A stretch of DNA of 64,000 nucleotides from an uncultured Alphaproteobacteria bacterium (lineage in GTDB: Bacteria > Pseudomonadota > Alphaproteobacteria > HIMB59 > GCA-002718135), in contig CACNSY010000006.1 in assembly GCA_902623255.1 (NCBI GenBank), positions 21,566 to 85,565 on the forward strand, read 5' to 3'. Position numbers and translations under genes: made by a program. Positions 28,696-37,918 of this stretch are shown one piece after another. A model generated the notes under the pieces. It searched no databases. It worked only from the letters and a program-made list of their open reading frames with translations, and was not told the DNA's origin. The first letter of the stretch is position 1. Each line of letters begins with the position of its first letter.

Positions 28696-29259
28696 ATGAA
28701 ATTATATCTTATTAGACACGCAGAGTCAGAAGCTAATGCAGCATCAGATTTAGATAATCCAACTTATTATTATGATGCAAGAATTACTCAAAGAGGAGTT
28801 GAGCAAGCAAAAAAATTAAATAATAGAATTAAAAATCTTAAATTTGATAATTATTTTTGTTCCCCCTTAACAAGAACATTGGAAACATTCTCTATTGTTT
28901 TTCCATCTAATAAACCTGTAATTGAACCTTTAATAAGAGAACATTTGTACCATTCATGTGATGTAGGAAGACAACCAAAAAAATTAAAAAAAGAATTTAA
29001 TGATTTTGATTTTAATAATTTAAATGATTTTTGGTGGAATAATAACAAACCTATTAATGAAAAAAAAATTATACAAGAGTCTCACAATGATATTAAAATG
29101 AGATTAAAGTCTTTTCTGCTATCTATCAAAAACATTAATTTACAAAAAATTGTATTAGTCAGTCATGGTACATTCTTAAGTCAAATAACTGAATATATGC
29201 TGGATAACTGTGAGGTATATGATTGTGAGTACAATGAGGTATACGAAAAATTTTTTTAA
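28696..29259 (+). CDS. Histidine phosphatase (phosphoglycerate mutase-like) family protein
   Basis: LIRHAESEAN, SPLTRTLET, IRE, VSHG. Confidence 0.88.
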   Translation: MKLYLIRHAESEANAASDLDNPTYYYDARITQRGVEQAKKLNNRIKNLKFDNYFCSPLTRTLETFSIVFPSNKPVIEPLIREHLYHSCDVGRQPKKLKKEFNDFDFNNLNDFWWNNNKPINEKKIIQESHNDIKMRLKSFLLSIKNINLQKIVLVSHGTFLSQITEYMLDNCEVYDCEYNEVYEKFF

Positions 29260-29282
29260 TTTAATTTTTTATAAATAAAACT

Positions 29283-30050
29283 CTAAAACATCTCATTTAT
29301 TATTTTATTTAATTTTTGTATTACTCTATCAATTATTTTTTTTCCTATCTTTGAATTGGATTTTCTAGGATCTCCAATAATTCCACTTTTACTTAATTCC
29401 TTAGTTGTCCATGCTTTCTTAATATTTTTCTCATAAGAAATCGTTTTAGATGATAAATAATCGGGAGATAATCTATGTTTAGAAATTTTAGATTGCCTAA
29501 CTAGGTTTGGAAATAAATATAACATAATAGATGTTTCAAATTCTCCACCGTGATAACCAAAGTCTTTTTCTTTACTTGATATAATTCCTTTAAATTGATC
29601 AAATAAAAAATATGTACCTTTTACTATGTTTATCTTAAATTCTGATTTCAATTCTTTTGCAATAATATCAATATGGCTAATTTGCCCACCATGACTATTT
29701 AAAAGTAATATATTTTTAAATTTTAATTTACATACATTTTCTAAAATTGACAAAGAGTGTGATATAAATTCCAATGAATCGATACTTATGGTTCCATCAA
29801 AATCTGTATGTTCAGCAGCTGAACCAAAATATATTTCAGGCATAATTAAATATTTATTTGATTTATATTTTTTATTAAATTCTAATAATATTCCTTCAAG
29901 AATTTTTTTATCAGTATTTAATGGAAGATGCGGACCGTGTTGTTCTATCGATGAAAATGGGAAAATTAAAACTGTTTTTCTATTTATTTTTTTAATTTCA
30001 TTTGTTGTTAAATCTTCCCAAAAGTTTGTTAGCATTTTTTTATTATACAT
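29283..30050 (-). CDS. Creatininase family amidohydrolase (formamidopyrimidine deformylase-like)
   Basis: EQHGPHLPLNTD, EH..F.GTI, NSHGG, HGGEFETS, SGIIGDP. Confidence 0.88.
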   Translation of the reverse strand: MYNKKMLTNFWEDLTTNEIKKINRKTVLIFPFSSIEQHGPHLPLNTDKKILEGILLEFNKKYKSNKYLIMPEIYFGSAAEHTDFDGTISIDSLEFISHSLSILENVCKLKFKNILLLNSHGGQISHIDIIAKELKSEFKINIVKGTYFLFDQFKGIISSKEKDFGYHGGEFETSIMLYLFPNLVRQSKISKHRLSPDYLSSKTISYEKNIKKAWTTKELSKSGIIGDPRKSNSKIGKKIIDRVIQKLNKIINEMF

Positions 30051-30063
30051 TTATAAGTAAATT

Positions 30064-31023
30064 ATGAAATCTTATTCTTTATGGATTGATAAAAAAAAAC
30101 AAGCTAAAATTTATCAAAAAAAACTTGTTTACAATAAAAATAACAAAACAGTTTTAGTTAAAACTATATACTCAGGTATTAGCAAGGGGACTGAAAAATT
30201 AGTTTCATCTAAAAGTGTAAGTCAGGATCAATTTGAATTAATGAAAGCTCCTTTTCAAGAGGGTTCTTTTAATTTACCTATAAAATACGGTTATATAAAT
30301 GTTGGGAATATTATAGATGGTCCAAGGAAATATATAAATAAAAAAATATTTAGTCTTTATCCTCATCAAGATTTATATGAAATTTCTATTCAAAATTTAA
30401 TTTTTCTACCAGAAAGAAATTTGAGAAAATATATTCTAACTGCAAACATGGAAACAGCTATTAATATCTTTTGGGACGCTCAATCTAAAAGTAATAACAA
30501 AATTCTAATTGTAGGGCTTGGCTCTGTAGGATTATTAACGGCATTCTTTTTTAAAATTAATGGATATAAAAATGTTTATGTTTTTGATAATAATAAAAAT
30601 AAAAAAAAAATTGCCAATTATTTAGGATTAAATTTTGTTGATATAAGAAAGATTGAGAAAATAGATGTAGCAATAAACACTACAGCTAATTATAAAGTTT
30701 TAAATTCTTTAATGGAAAAATTATCTATCGAAGGAAAAATAGTAGAAGCTAGTTGGTATGGTAAAAATAAAGGAGAAGTTGCCTTAGGCGGTTATTTTCA
30801 TTCTAAAAGATTAAAAATTATTAGCTCACAGGTATCTAAAATACCAAAATACATGAAAAATAAATATGATTTTGAGGGAAGATTAAAATTAGCAATTAAA
30901 TCTTTAAAAAATTCAAAATTAGAAAAATTAATTACTAGTGAAAGTAATTTTTTTGATTTAGAAAAAGATTACTATAAAATCCTTCAAAATAAGGATACAA
31001 TAATGCATCTAGTTAAATATTAA
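30064..31023 (+). CDS. Medium-chain dehydrogenase/reductase (zinc-binding ADH-like, lacking the catalytic Cys)
   Basis: SGISKGTE, PIKYGY..VG, ANMETA.N..WD, Rossmann GLGSVG, SWYG, FHSKRL.IISSQV. Confidence 0.8.
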   Translation: MKSYSLWIDKKKQAKIYQKKLVYNKNNKTVLVKTIYSGISKGTEKLVSSKSVSQDQFELMKAPFQEGSFNLPIKYGYINVGNIIDGPRKYINKKIFSLYPHQDLYEISIQNLIFLPERNLRKYILTANMETAINIFWDAQSKSNNKILIVGLGSVGLLTAFFFKINGYKNVYVFDNNKNKKKIANYLGLNFVDIRKIEKIDVAINTTANYKVLNSLMEKLSIEGKIVEASWYGKNKGEVALGGYFHSKRLKIISSQVSKIPKYMKNKYDFEGRLKLAIKSLKNSKLEKLITSESNFFDLEKDYYKILQNKDTIMHLVKY

Positions 31024-31025
31024 TT

Positions 31026-31424
31026 ATGTATTCGATAAAAGTAAGAGAAAATATTCTAATAGCTCATTCTTTACCTGGAGAAGTATTTGGACCAGCCCAA
31101 AATATGCATGGAGCTACATATTTAGTAGATGCTGAATTTTTCACTGATAAACTTAATAAATACAATATAATTATGGATTTAGGAATAGTGTCCACTACTT
31201 TAAAAGATATTCTTAAAATATATAATTATCAAAATTTAGATGAAATTGATGAATTTAAGGGAAAAATTACCTCAACAGAGTTTTTAGCAGAGGATATCTG
31301 CAATAAGATCTTGAATAGACTAAGAAAAGAATTCTCTGAAGATTATAAATCTTTAAAAAAAATTAAAATAACTTTGCAAGAATCAAATGTTGCATGGGCA
31401 TCATATGAAAAAGAGGTTATCTAA
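31026..31424 (+). CDS. 6-pyruvoyl-tetrahydropterin synthase/QueD-family (T-fold) protein, PTPS-IV type
   Basis: IAHSL, FGPAQNMHGATY (no CxxxHGH), YQNLDE, STEFLA, ESNVAWASY. Confidence 0.85.
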   Translation: MYSIKVRENILIAHSLPGEVFGPAQNMHGATYLVDAEFFTDKLNKYNIIMDLGIVSTTLKDILKIYNYQNLDEIDEFKGKITSTEFLAEDICNKILNRLRKEFSEDYKSLKKIKITLQESNVAWASYEKEVI

Positions 31425-32451
31425 TAATAAATCTGATATTTATTTTGTTTATCCAGGAAATATTAATGCAAAAACTGGAGGATATATTTATGAAAAAAAT
31501 ATCCTAGAATATGCAAAGATAAGAGATATAAATATTAGACCAATTTCTCTAAGTGAAAATTATCCTTTTCCTACAAATAACGATATAAAATATTTTCTAA
31601 AAATTTTAGATAAAATTGATCCTGACTCTAAAATTATAATTGATGGATTAGCTTTAGAAGGAATGTATTCAATTTTCAAAAAAATACTTACTTATAATGT
31701 TATCGCGCTAATACATCATCCTTTATATCTTGAATTTAAAGGTCAAAGGTCAAAAAAATTCTTACGATTAGAAAAAGCAAATTTTAAAAAAATAAATAAA
31801 TTTATTGTTACTTCTAAAAATACAAAAAAATTATTAATAGATGAATTTAAGGTACTAAATAATAAAATTTCTGTAGTTGAACCTGGTATAGAAAGACTTG
31901 CAAAATATAATTTTAAAAATAATAGTAAAATTTATTTTTTAACATGTGGAAGTATAATAAATAGAAAAAATTATCTTTTTTTATTAAAAGTTTTAAAGCC
32001 TTTAGATAATTTTATTTTAGAAATTGTTGGTGATACTACAAGAGATATAAGTTATTACAAAAAACTCAAAAAATATATTTCTAAAAATTCAATGAGCAGA
32101 AAAATCATATTCCATGGCACTATTTCAGATACAAAATTAGCTAAATTATATTCTAAAACAGATTGTTACATTTCGGTAAGTAAATATGAAGGTTTTGGTA
32201 TGTCTTTAGCAAATGCATTAATAATTAAAAAGCCAATTATAACCTTTTTTACTAATACTATCTTAAATACACTAGGGAAAAAGGGTGTTATTTATTTCAA
32301 AAAATTTGAAGTAAATGATCTTAGAAATATAATTATTAAAAATATATTAAATAAAAAAAATTTTAAAAAATTGAATATTAATATAAATAAAAATAAAAGA
32401 TATCTTCTTACTCCTCTAGAGTCAGCTAAGAAATTTGTTAAATTAATTTAA
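31405..32451 (+). CDS. Glycosyltransferase family 4 (GT-B)
   Basis: PG...TGGYIYE, IDGLA, LIHHP, VEPG, RK, YEGFGMSLANA (Ex7 motif with the second E replaced). Start approximate. Confidence 0.82.
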   Translation: MKKRLSNNKSDIYFVYPGNINAKTGGYIYEKNILEYAKIRDINIRPISLSENYPFPTNNDIKYFLKILDKIDPDSKIIIDGLALEGMYSIFKKILTYNVIALIHHPLYLEFKGQRSKKFLRLEKANFKKINKFIVTSKNTKKLLIDEFKVLNNKISVVEPGIERLAKYNFKNNSKIYFLTCGSIINRKNYLFLLKVLKPLDNFILEIVGDTTRDISYYKKLKKYISKNSMSRKIIFHGTISDTKLAKLYSKTDCYISVSKYEGFGMSLANALIIKKPIITFFTNTILNTLGKKGVIYFKKFEVNDLRNIIIKNILNKKNFKKLNININKNKRYLLTPLESAKKFVKLI

Positions 32452-32452
32452 T

Positions 32453-33241
32453 ATGCATGAATTTCAAAATAAATGGTTAAATCTTAGAGAAACTGTCGAT
32501 AGAAATTCACGAAACAAAAGAATACTATATTTAATTAATAAATTTTTTAAAAATAAAAAAAATATTAGAATAGTTGATTTGGGTTCAGGCGCTGGATCTA
32601 ATTATAGATTTCTTAAGTCACGATTATTAAATAATCAATATTGGTCTTTTGTAGACATATCACATCAATCAACAAATTATTTTAAAAAAAATATACAATT
32701 ATCTTCTAAAATAAAAAAAACTAATTTTAAAATTGTTGATGTAATTAATAATTTAGAAAAAATAAATTTTAGTGATTATAATTTAGTTACAGGATCTGCT
32801 TTTTTAGATATTCTTCCAAAAACATGGTTTAAAAATTTTCATAAATTAAATCTTGATACAGAAATTGTCTATTTTGCCTTAAATTATAATGGTAATTTTA
32901 AATTTTTTCCAAAACACAAGGATGATAAAAAAATTCTTAATATTTTTAATAAAGATCAAAAATCTGACAAAGGAATAGGGGAATTGGCTGTTGGACCAGA
33001 TTGTACTGAATTAATAAATAAAGTATTTAAAAGAACTCACAAAACATATGTTTCAGACTCTACATGGGATGTTAGTACTAATTATGAATTTCAAGTTTAT
33101 TTCTTAAATTTTTGTAGAGAAATTATTCAAAAAAATAAACTTAACTTTGATGATTGGTTAAAATTTCGTTTAAAAAGTATTAAAGAAAAAAATTCTAGAT
33201 TTATTTTAAATAATACAGATTTTTTAGCTATTAAGAAATAA
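32453..33241 (+). CDS. Class I SAM-dependent methyltransferase-fold protein
   Basis: WLNLRE.VD..SR, IVDLGSGAGSN (motif I), VTGSAFLD, LNYNG. Confidence 0.75.
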   Translation: MHEFQNKWLNLRETVDRNSRNKRILYLINKFFKNKKNIRIVDLGSGAGSNYRFLKSRLLNNQYWSFVDISHQSTNYFKKNIQLSSKIKKTNFKIVDVINNLEKINFSDYNLVTGSAFLDILPKTWFKNFHKLNLDTEIVYFALNYNGNFKFFPKHKDDKKILNIFNKDQKSDKGIGELAVGPDCTELINKVFKRTHKTYVSDSTWDVSTNYEFQVYFLNFCREIIQKNKLNFDDWLKFRLKSIKEKNSRFILNNTDFLAIKK

Positions 33242-34057
33242 ATTAACAATAATTTCATTATCTAATTCATTAAAATTATGTTTTGGTCTGATAGCTTTAT
33301 TGAGATTTGAAATTTCTTTTAAATTTAATGAATTAATTCCTGAACCTATTAATATTGGGGCAATCATAAATTGAAGAATATCAATATATTTATTATTTAT
33401 TAATTCTGAAATAGTTTTTGATCCTCCCTCTACTAAAATATTTTTATATTTAAGTTTTTTTATTTGCGTAATTAAGTTTTTAGTAAAATTTTTTTCTTTT
33501 AATCTAATTATTGTTGAATTATTCAATCTAATATTTTTATTACTTTTTGTAAAAATTATATTTTCATTACCGTCATTAAATATTTTATATTTGTTATTTA
33601 GCGAAAGACTACCATCGATAATAATTCTTTTTGGATTTGTGCCCTTTATTTTTCTTGTTGTTAATAGGGGATTGTCTTTTTTAATGGTATTTGAGCCTAC
33701 AATAATTGCATCACTGATACTTCGTAAACAATGCAGATAAATTATACTCTTAGGATTATTTATGTAGTGTGAATTACCATTATTTAATGCAATTCTACCA
33801 TCAATACTTTGTCCTATCTGAGCTATTACTAATTTTTTGTTTTTTCTTAATATCGGGAGAAGGATATTTAAGATTGACTGATAAAATTTACTTATATTAA
33901 TTTTAGATTCCAGATTATTATTTTTTATGTAAAAGTTACTTTTTCTTTTTGTTGATAAAGAAATACTATTTTTTTTAACCAATAAATATAAATCACTATT
34001 CTTTTTAGAATTTTTTATAAAATCTAGTAAAATTCCTATATTTTTTGATGTAATCAT
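33224..34057 (-). CDS. Stand-alone RibD C-terminal (pyrimidine reductase, DHFR-like) protein; no deaminase domain
   Basis: IGQSIDGRIA, HCLRSISDAIIVGSNT, DNPLLTTR, LVEGG, APILIGSG; no HAE...PCxxC. Confidence 0.85.
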   Translation of the reverse strand: MITSKNIGILLDFIKNSKKNSDLYLLVKKNSISLSTKRKSNFYIKNNNLESKINISKFYQSILNILLPILRKNKKLVIAQIGQSIDGRIALNNGNSHYINNPKSIIYLHCLRSISDAIIVGSNTIKKDNPLLTTRKIKGTNPKRIIIDGSLSLNNKYKIFNDGNENIIFTKSNKNIRLNNSTIIRLKEKNFTKNLITQIKKLKYKNILVEGGSKTISELINNKYIDILQFMIAPILIGSGINSLNLKEISNLNKAIRPKHNFNELDNEIIVNLFLNS

Positions 34058-34093
34058 TTGTTTTTATTTCAATTATATCTATATAAAGTTTTC

Positions 34094-35215
34094 ATGAGTT
34101 TCAAATCTAATACAGGAACTATAATAGATAGGGCAATTAACGAACTCAGGACCGGAAGACCCTTAATAATTCAAAATAACAAGGAATATTGGATGTTTTT
34201 TAATATAGAGCATTCCCAAAGTAAAATTTTTAATCAATTTAATAAGCACTTAATTGATGAAAAGTATCTACTTATAACTAAACAAAAAGCTCAATCAATT
34301 TTTAATAAGAATATTAAAAGTAATATTTATTTTGAGATAAATCCCAAAACAGATGTAAATCAAATAATAAATTTATTTGTTAATCCTCTTAGCAATAATA
34401 AAGTAATTAAATTTACCAATATTAAAAAATTCAAAGCTAAAAATTTTCATAATGTTTGTATTGATCTTTCCAAAAATGCTAAAATGATACCATCGCTAGT
34501 TTTTAAAAAAATAAATAAAAAATATTACAAAAATATAAATGAATTTGGTTTTAAAAATGGAATTTTAATTTTTGATTATAAAGATTTATTGAAGCAAAAT
34601 GAATTAATTTGTGAAAGTATCAAATTAGTTTCTAGTGCAAAAGTTCCACTACCAAAAAATGAAAATTCTAATTTTAAAATATTTAAATCATATATTGGCT
34701 CAGATAAACACGTAGCGATAATTGTTAATCCAAAAAAAATAAATAAAAAATCTGTTAATTTAAGAATACATTCAGCTTGTTTTACAGGTGATATTTTTCA
34801 TTCTTTAAAATGTGATTGTGGTGAACAATTAAATCAATCAATCAATTACATGGTTAGAAATAATGGTGGAATTATATTATATTTAGAACAAGAAGGTAGG
34901 GGAATAGGATTAGCTAATAAAATGAGAGCTTATTCTCTTCAAGCAAGGGGTATGGATACAATAGACGCTGATCATAATATTGGTTTTTTAGATGATGAAA
35001 GAGATTTTAATATTGCAGCTAGAATACTGAAATTATTAAAAATAAATAAAGTTAATCTTATTACAAATAATAAAAATAAAATTAATTCCATTAAGAAAGC
35101 TGGAATTAAAGTTGAAAATCAAATAAATACAAAGCCAACATTGAATAAATTTAATAAAAATTATTTTAAAACAAGAGTTAAAAAAGCTGGGTACGGTCTT
35201 AAACTAGTAGTATAA
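34094..35215 (+). CDS. ribA: GTP cyclohydrolase II with a degenerate N-terminal DHBP-synthase-like domain
   Basis: RIHSACFTGD, CDCGEQL, QEGRGIGL.NK.RAY.LQ, DERDF, LITNN. N-terminal RAINELRTGRP lacks the RibB acidic loop. ATG at 34094. Confidence 0.88.
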   Translation: MSFKSNTGTIIDRAINELRTGRPLIIQNNKEYWMFFNIEHSQSKIFNQFNKHLIDEKYLLITKQKAQSIFNKNIKSNIYFEINPKTDVNQIINLFVNPLSNNKVIKFTNIKKFKAKNFHNVCIDLSKNAKMIPSLVFKKINKKYYKNINEFGFKNGILIFDYKDLLKQNELICESIKLVSSAKVPLPKNENSNFKIFKSYIGSDKHVAIIVNPKKINKKSVNLRIHSACFTGDIFHSLKCDCGEQLNQSINYMVRNNGGIILYLEQEGRGIGLANKMRAYSLQARGMDTIDADHNIGFLDDERDFNIAARILKLLKINKVNLITNNKNKINSIKKAGIKVENQINTKPTLNKFNKNYFKTRVKKAGYGLKLVV

Positions 35216-35217
35216 TT

Positions 35218-35661
35218 ATGAAAAAAATTCCTAAGATAAAACTTCAGTTAACAAACGATAATGAGTTTGATTCATCTAAATTAAAGAATAAAACAGTTTT
35301 ATTCTTTTACCCTAAGGCGTTAACTGGTGGATGCTCAGTAGAAGTTGCAGATTTTCAGAAATATTTAATAAAATTTAATAAAATTGGCTTTGATGTAATA
35401 GGAGCTTCTAAAGATCCTGTTGATCGTAATAAAAAATTTTCAGATAAGTATAAATTGAAATACCCACTTGGTTCGGATGAAGGAAAAAATTGTGATAAAC
35501 TTGGTATTTGGATAGAAAAATCTATGTATGGTAGAAAATATTTTGGGATAGATAGATCTACATTTGTAATCGATAAAAATGGAAAAATTCTAAATTCTTG
35601 GCATAAAGTAAAAGTTAAAGGTCATGTTGAAGAAGTATATAATTTTTGTAAGGATCAGTAA
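35218..35661 (+). CDS. bcp: Peroxiredoxin Bcp/PrxQ
   Basis: FFYPKALTGGCSVE, KSMYG, RSTFVID, VKVKGHVEEV. Confidence 0.9.
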   Translation: MKKIPKIKLQLTNDNEFDSSKLKNKTVLFFYPKALTGGCSVEVADFQKYLIKFNKIGFDVIGASKDPVDRNKKFSDKYKLKYPLGSDEGKNCDKLGIWIEKSMYGRKYFGIDRSTFVIDKNGKILNSWHKVKVKGHVEEVYNFCKDQ

Positions 35662-35665
35662 ATTT

Positions 35666-36559
35666 TTATTTAATTTTACCTATTTCTTTTTCTCTTTTGA
35701 TTACAAATAAACCACTTAACGTAATAATTATTGCGCCAATAATCATATTATAAGTTGGAGTTTCACCTAGTATTAAATACCCAAAAATCATACCAAATAT
35801 AATTACACTGTATCTTGCAGAGGCCGTTAATGAGAGTGGTGCATAAAAAACTGTTAATACTGAAAATAAATATCCGAATAAAACAAATATACTAGAAGCT
35901 AGAATATAATTTAGATCTTCACTGCTAACTTGATAACCAAAAATTATTGAACCCAACCCTGCAAACCCAGTAATTAACAATGCTGTCACAAATGTAATTT
36001 CAACACTATTTGATTTAGTTGCTAAACTTTTTGTAGCAATATCTCTAATAGTCAAAAAAATAGCAGCTAAAATTGGTAACACTAAAAGATAATTAAATTG
36101 AAAATTTTGTGGATTTACAACTACTATAACACCTAAGAACCCAATAATAACTGCACACCATCTTCTTATTCCAACCTTCTCTCCCAAAAAAAGAAAAGCA
36201 AATATTGTGACAAAGAAAGGATTAGTCATTAAAAGTGTGTAAACCTCAGATATTGGAAGTAATATTAATCCAACCAAAAAAAATAATGCCGTTAAAACTT
36301 CATACAAACCTCTTATATGAAAACCTTTGATTGATAGTATTTTAATTAAATTCTTTTTTTCGAAAAAAATTAAATATAAACCTAATAGACTTGATGTAAC
36401 TAAACCTCTTAAAAAAATTACAGAATATAATGAATTGTCATCACCTATATTTTTTACAACAAGTTTGACATAACTATCATTTATAGAGAATGATAATTGG
36501 CCAGCCATCATAAAAATTACACCTATCGTCCCAACTGAAAATAAAATCTTGCTTTTCAT
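35666..36559 (-). CDS. DMT/EamA family transporter
   Basis: FLGEKVGIRRW...GFLGV, about 10 TM segments. Confidence 0.85.
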   Translation of the reverse strand: MKSKILFSVGTIGVIFMMAGQLSFSINDSYVKLVVKNIGDDNSLYSVIFLRGLVTSSLLGLYLIFFEKKNLIKILSIKGFHIRGLYEVLTALFFLVGLILLPISEVYTLLMTNPFFVTIFAFLFLGEKVGIRRWCAVIIGFLGVIVVVNPQNFQFNYLLVLPILAAIFLTIRDIATKSLATKSNSVEITFVTALLITGFAGLGSIIFGYQVSSEDLNYILASSIFVLFGYLFSVLTVFYAPLSLTASARYSVIIFGMIFGYLILGETPTYNMIIGAIIITLSGLFVIKREKEIGKIK

Positions 36560-36583
36560 AATAAAAAAAAATATTTAACTGAT

Positions 36584-37918
36584 ATGTTACAAAGAAATAC
36601 TTCCAACCATTTATATGGATTTACTGACTTGAAGTCATTAAATGAAAGAGGCCCTTTAGTTATTTCTTATGGAAAAGGAATATATGTTTACGATACTAAA
36701 GGTAATAAATATCTAGATGGGAATTCTGGCCTATGGAATCAGTGTGCTGGTTTTGACCATCCTGGATTAATTGAAGTTGCAAAAAAACAGTATGAAAAAT
36801 TTGCTGGTTATCATTCTTTATTTGGAAGATTGTCTGAAGAAACGTTGCAGCTATCTGAAAAAATTATTGAAGTATCACCTTTTGATCAAGGTCGTGTATT
36901 CTTTTGTAATTCAGGATCCGAAGCAAATGACACCATGGTCAAAATGTTATGGATGTTAAATGCAAGAATTGGAAAGCCAAATAGACGAAAAATTATAACA
37001 AGAATTAATGGATATCATGGCGTTACTTTAGGAGCCTCTTCAATGACAGCTAAACCATATAATAAAGAGTTTGGTTTACCATCTGAAGAATTTATTCATA
37101 TTGAATGTCCTCATTATTGGAAATATGGATTAGAGAATGAAACTGAAGAAGAATTTTCTCTTAGGATGGCCAAAAATTTAGAAGAAAAAATCATCAAAGA
37201 GGATCCAGAAACTATTGCAGGTTTTGTTGCAGAACCTGTTCAAGGTGCAGGAGGTTGTATACCTCCTTCAAAATCGTATTTTGATTTAGTTCAGCCTATA
37301 TTAAAAAAATATAATATTCCTTTTATCGCAGATGAAGTAATTTGTGGATTTGGTAGAACTGGAAATTTATGGGGTTGTGAAACCTATAATATCAAACCAG
37401 ATATAATTATCTCATCTAAATGTTTGACAGCTGGGTATTTTCCTATGGGTGCAGTTATAGTTAATAAAGAATTTTCAGATAAATTTGTTGAAGTATCAGA
37501 AGAAGCTGAAGAATTTCCACATGGTTTTACAGCTGGTGGTCATCCTGTTGGATGTGCAATTGCTTTGAAAGCAATAGATGTAATTATGAATGAGGGTTTG
37601 TTAGATAATGTAAAGTTGATTGAACCCTATTTTTTTGAAAGATTAAATGAATTTAATGATTATGAACACATTGGAGAAACTAGAGGTATAGGTCTTATGG
37701 CTGCATTAGAGATGGTAAAAAATAAAGATACAAAAGAACCATTTGAAGGTCATTTTAATATGGGAGATAAAGTTGCTAATTTATCAATTGATAATGGATT
37801 AATTTGTAGACCTTTAGGTCCTGCAATTGTTTTGTGTCCTCAGTTTATAATTACTAAAAATCAGATTGATGAAATATTTGACTCACTTCATAAAACTATA
37901 AAACAAGTTTTTAATTAA
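36584..37918 (+). CDS. Class III omega-amine:pyruvate transaminase
   Basis: LYGFTD, YLDGNSGLWN, NSGSEAND, YHG, ADEVICGFGRTG, SSK (PLP lysine), HGFTAGGHP. Confidence 0.9.
   Translation: MLQRNTSNHLYGFTDLKSLNERGPLVISYGKGIYVYDTKGNKYLDGNSGLWNQCAGFDHPGLIEVAKKQYEKFAGYHSLFGRLSEETLQLSEKIIEVSPFDQGRVFFCNSGSEANDTMVKMLWMLNARIGKPNRRKIITRINGYHGVTLGASSMTAKPYNKEFGLPSEEFIHIECPHYWKYGLENETEEEFSLRMAKNLEEKIIKEDPETIAGFVAEPVQGAGGCIPPSKSYFDLVQPILKKYNIPFIADEVICGFGRTGNLWGCETYNIKPDIIISSKCLTAGYFPMGAVIVNKEFSDKFVEVSEEAEEFPHGFTAGGHPVGCAIALKAIDVIMNEGLLDNVKLIEPYFFERLNEFNDYEHIGETRGIGLMAALEMVKNKDTKEPFEGHFNMGDKVANLSIDNGLICRPLGPAIVLCPQFIITKNQIDEIFDSLHKTIKQVFN

Noticed and set aside
31026-31424. Annotation as queD (queuosine) or a 7-deazaguanine DNA-modification system
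   Set aside because: It lacks the CxxxHGH motif, and no queC, queE, folE or dpdA/tgt is nearby.
33224-35215. Ordinary riboflavin operon
   Set aside because: There is no deaminase domain, no functional-looking RibB, and no ribE/ribH. The genes are embedded in the PTPS-IV cluster. A contribution to riboflavin synthesis cannot be excluded.
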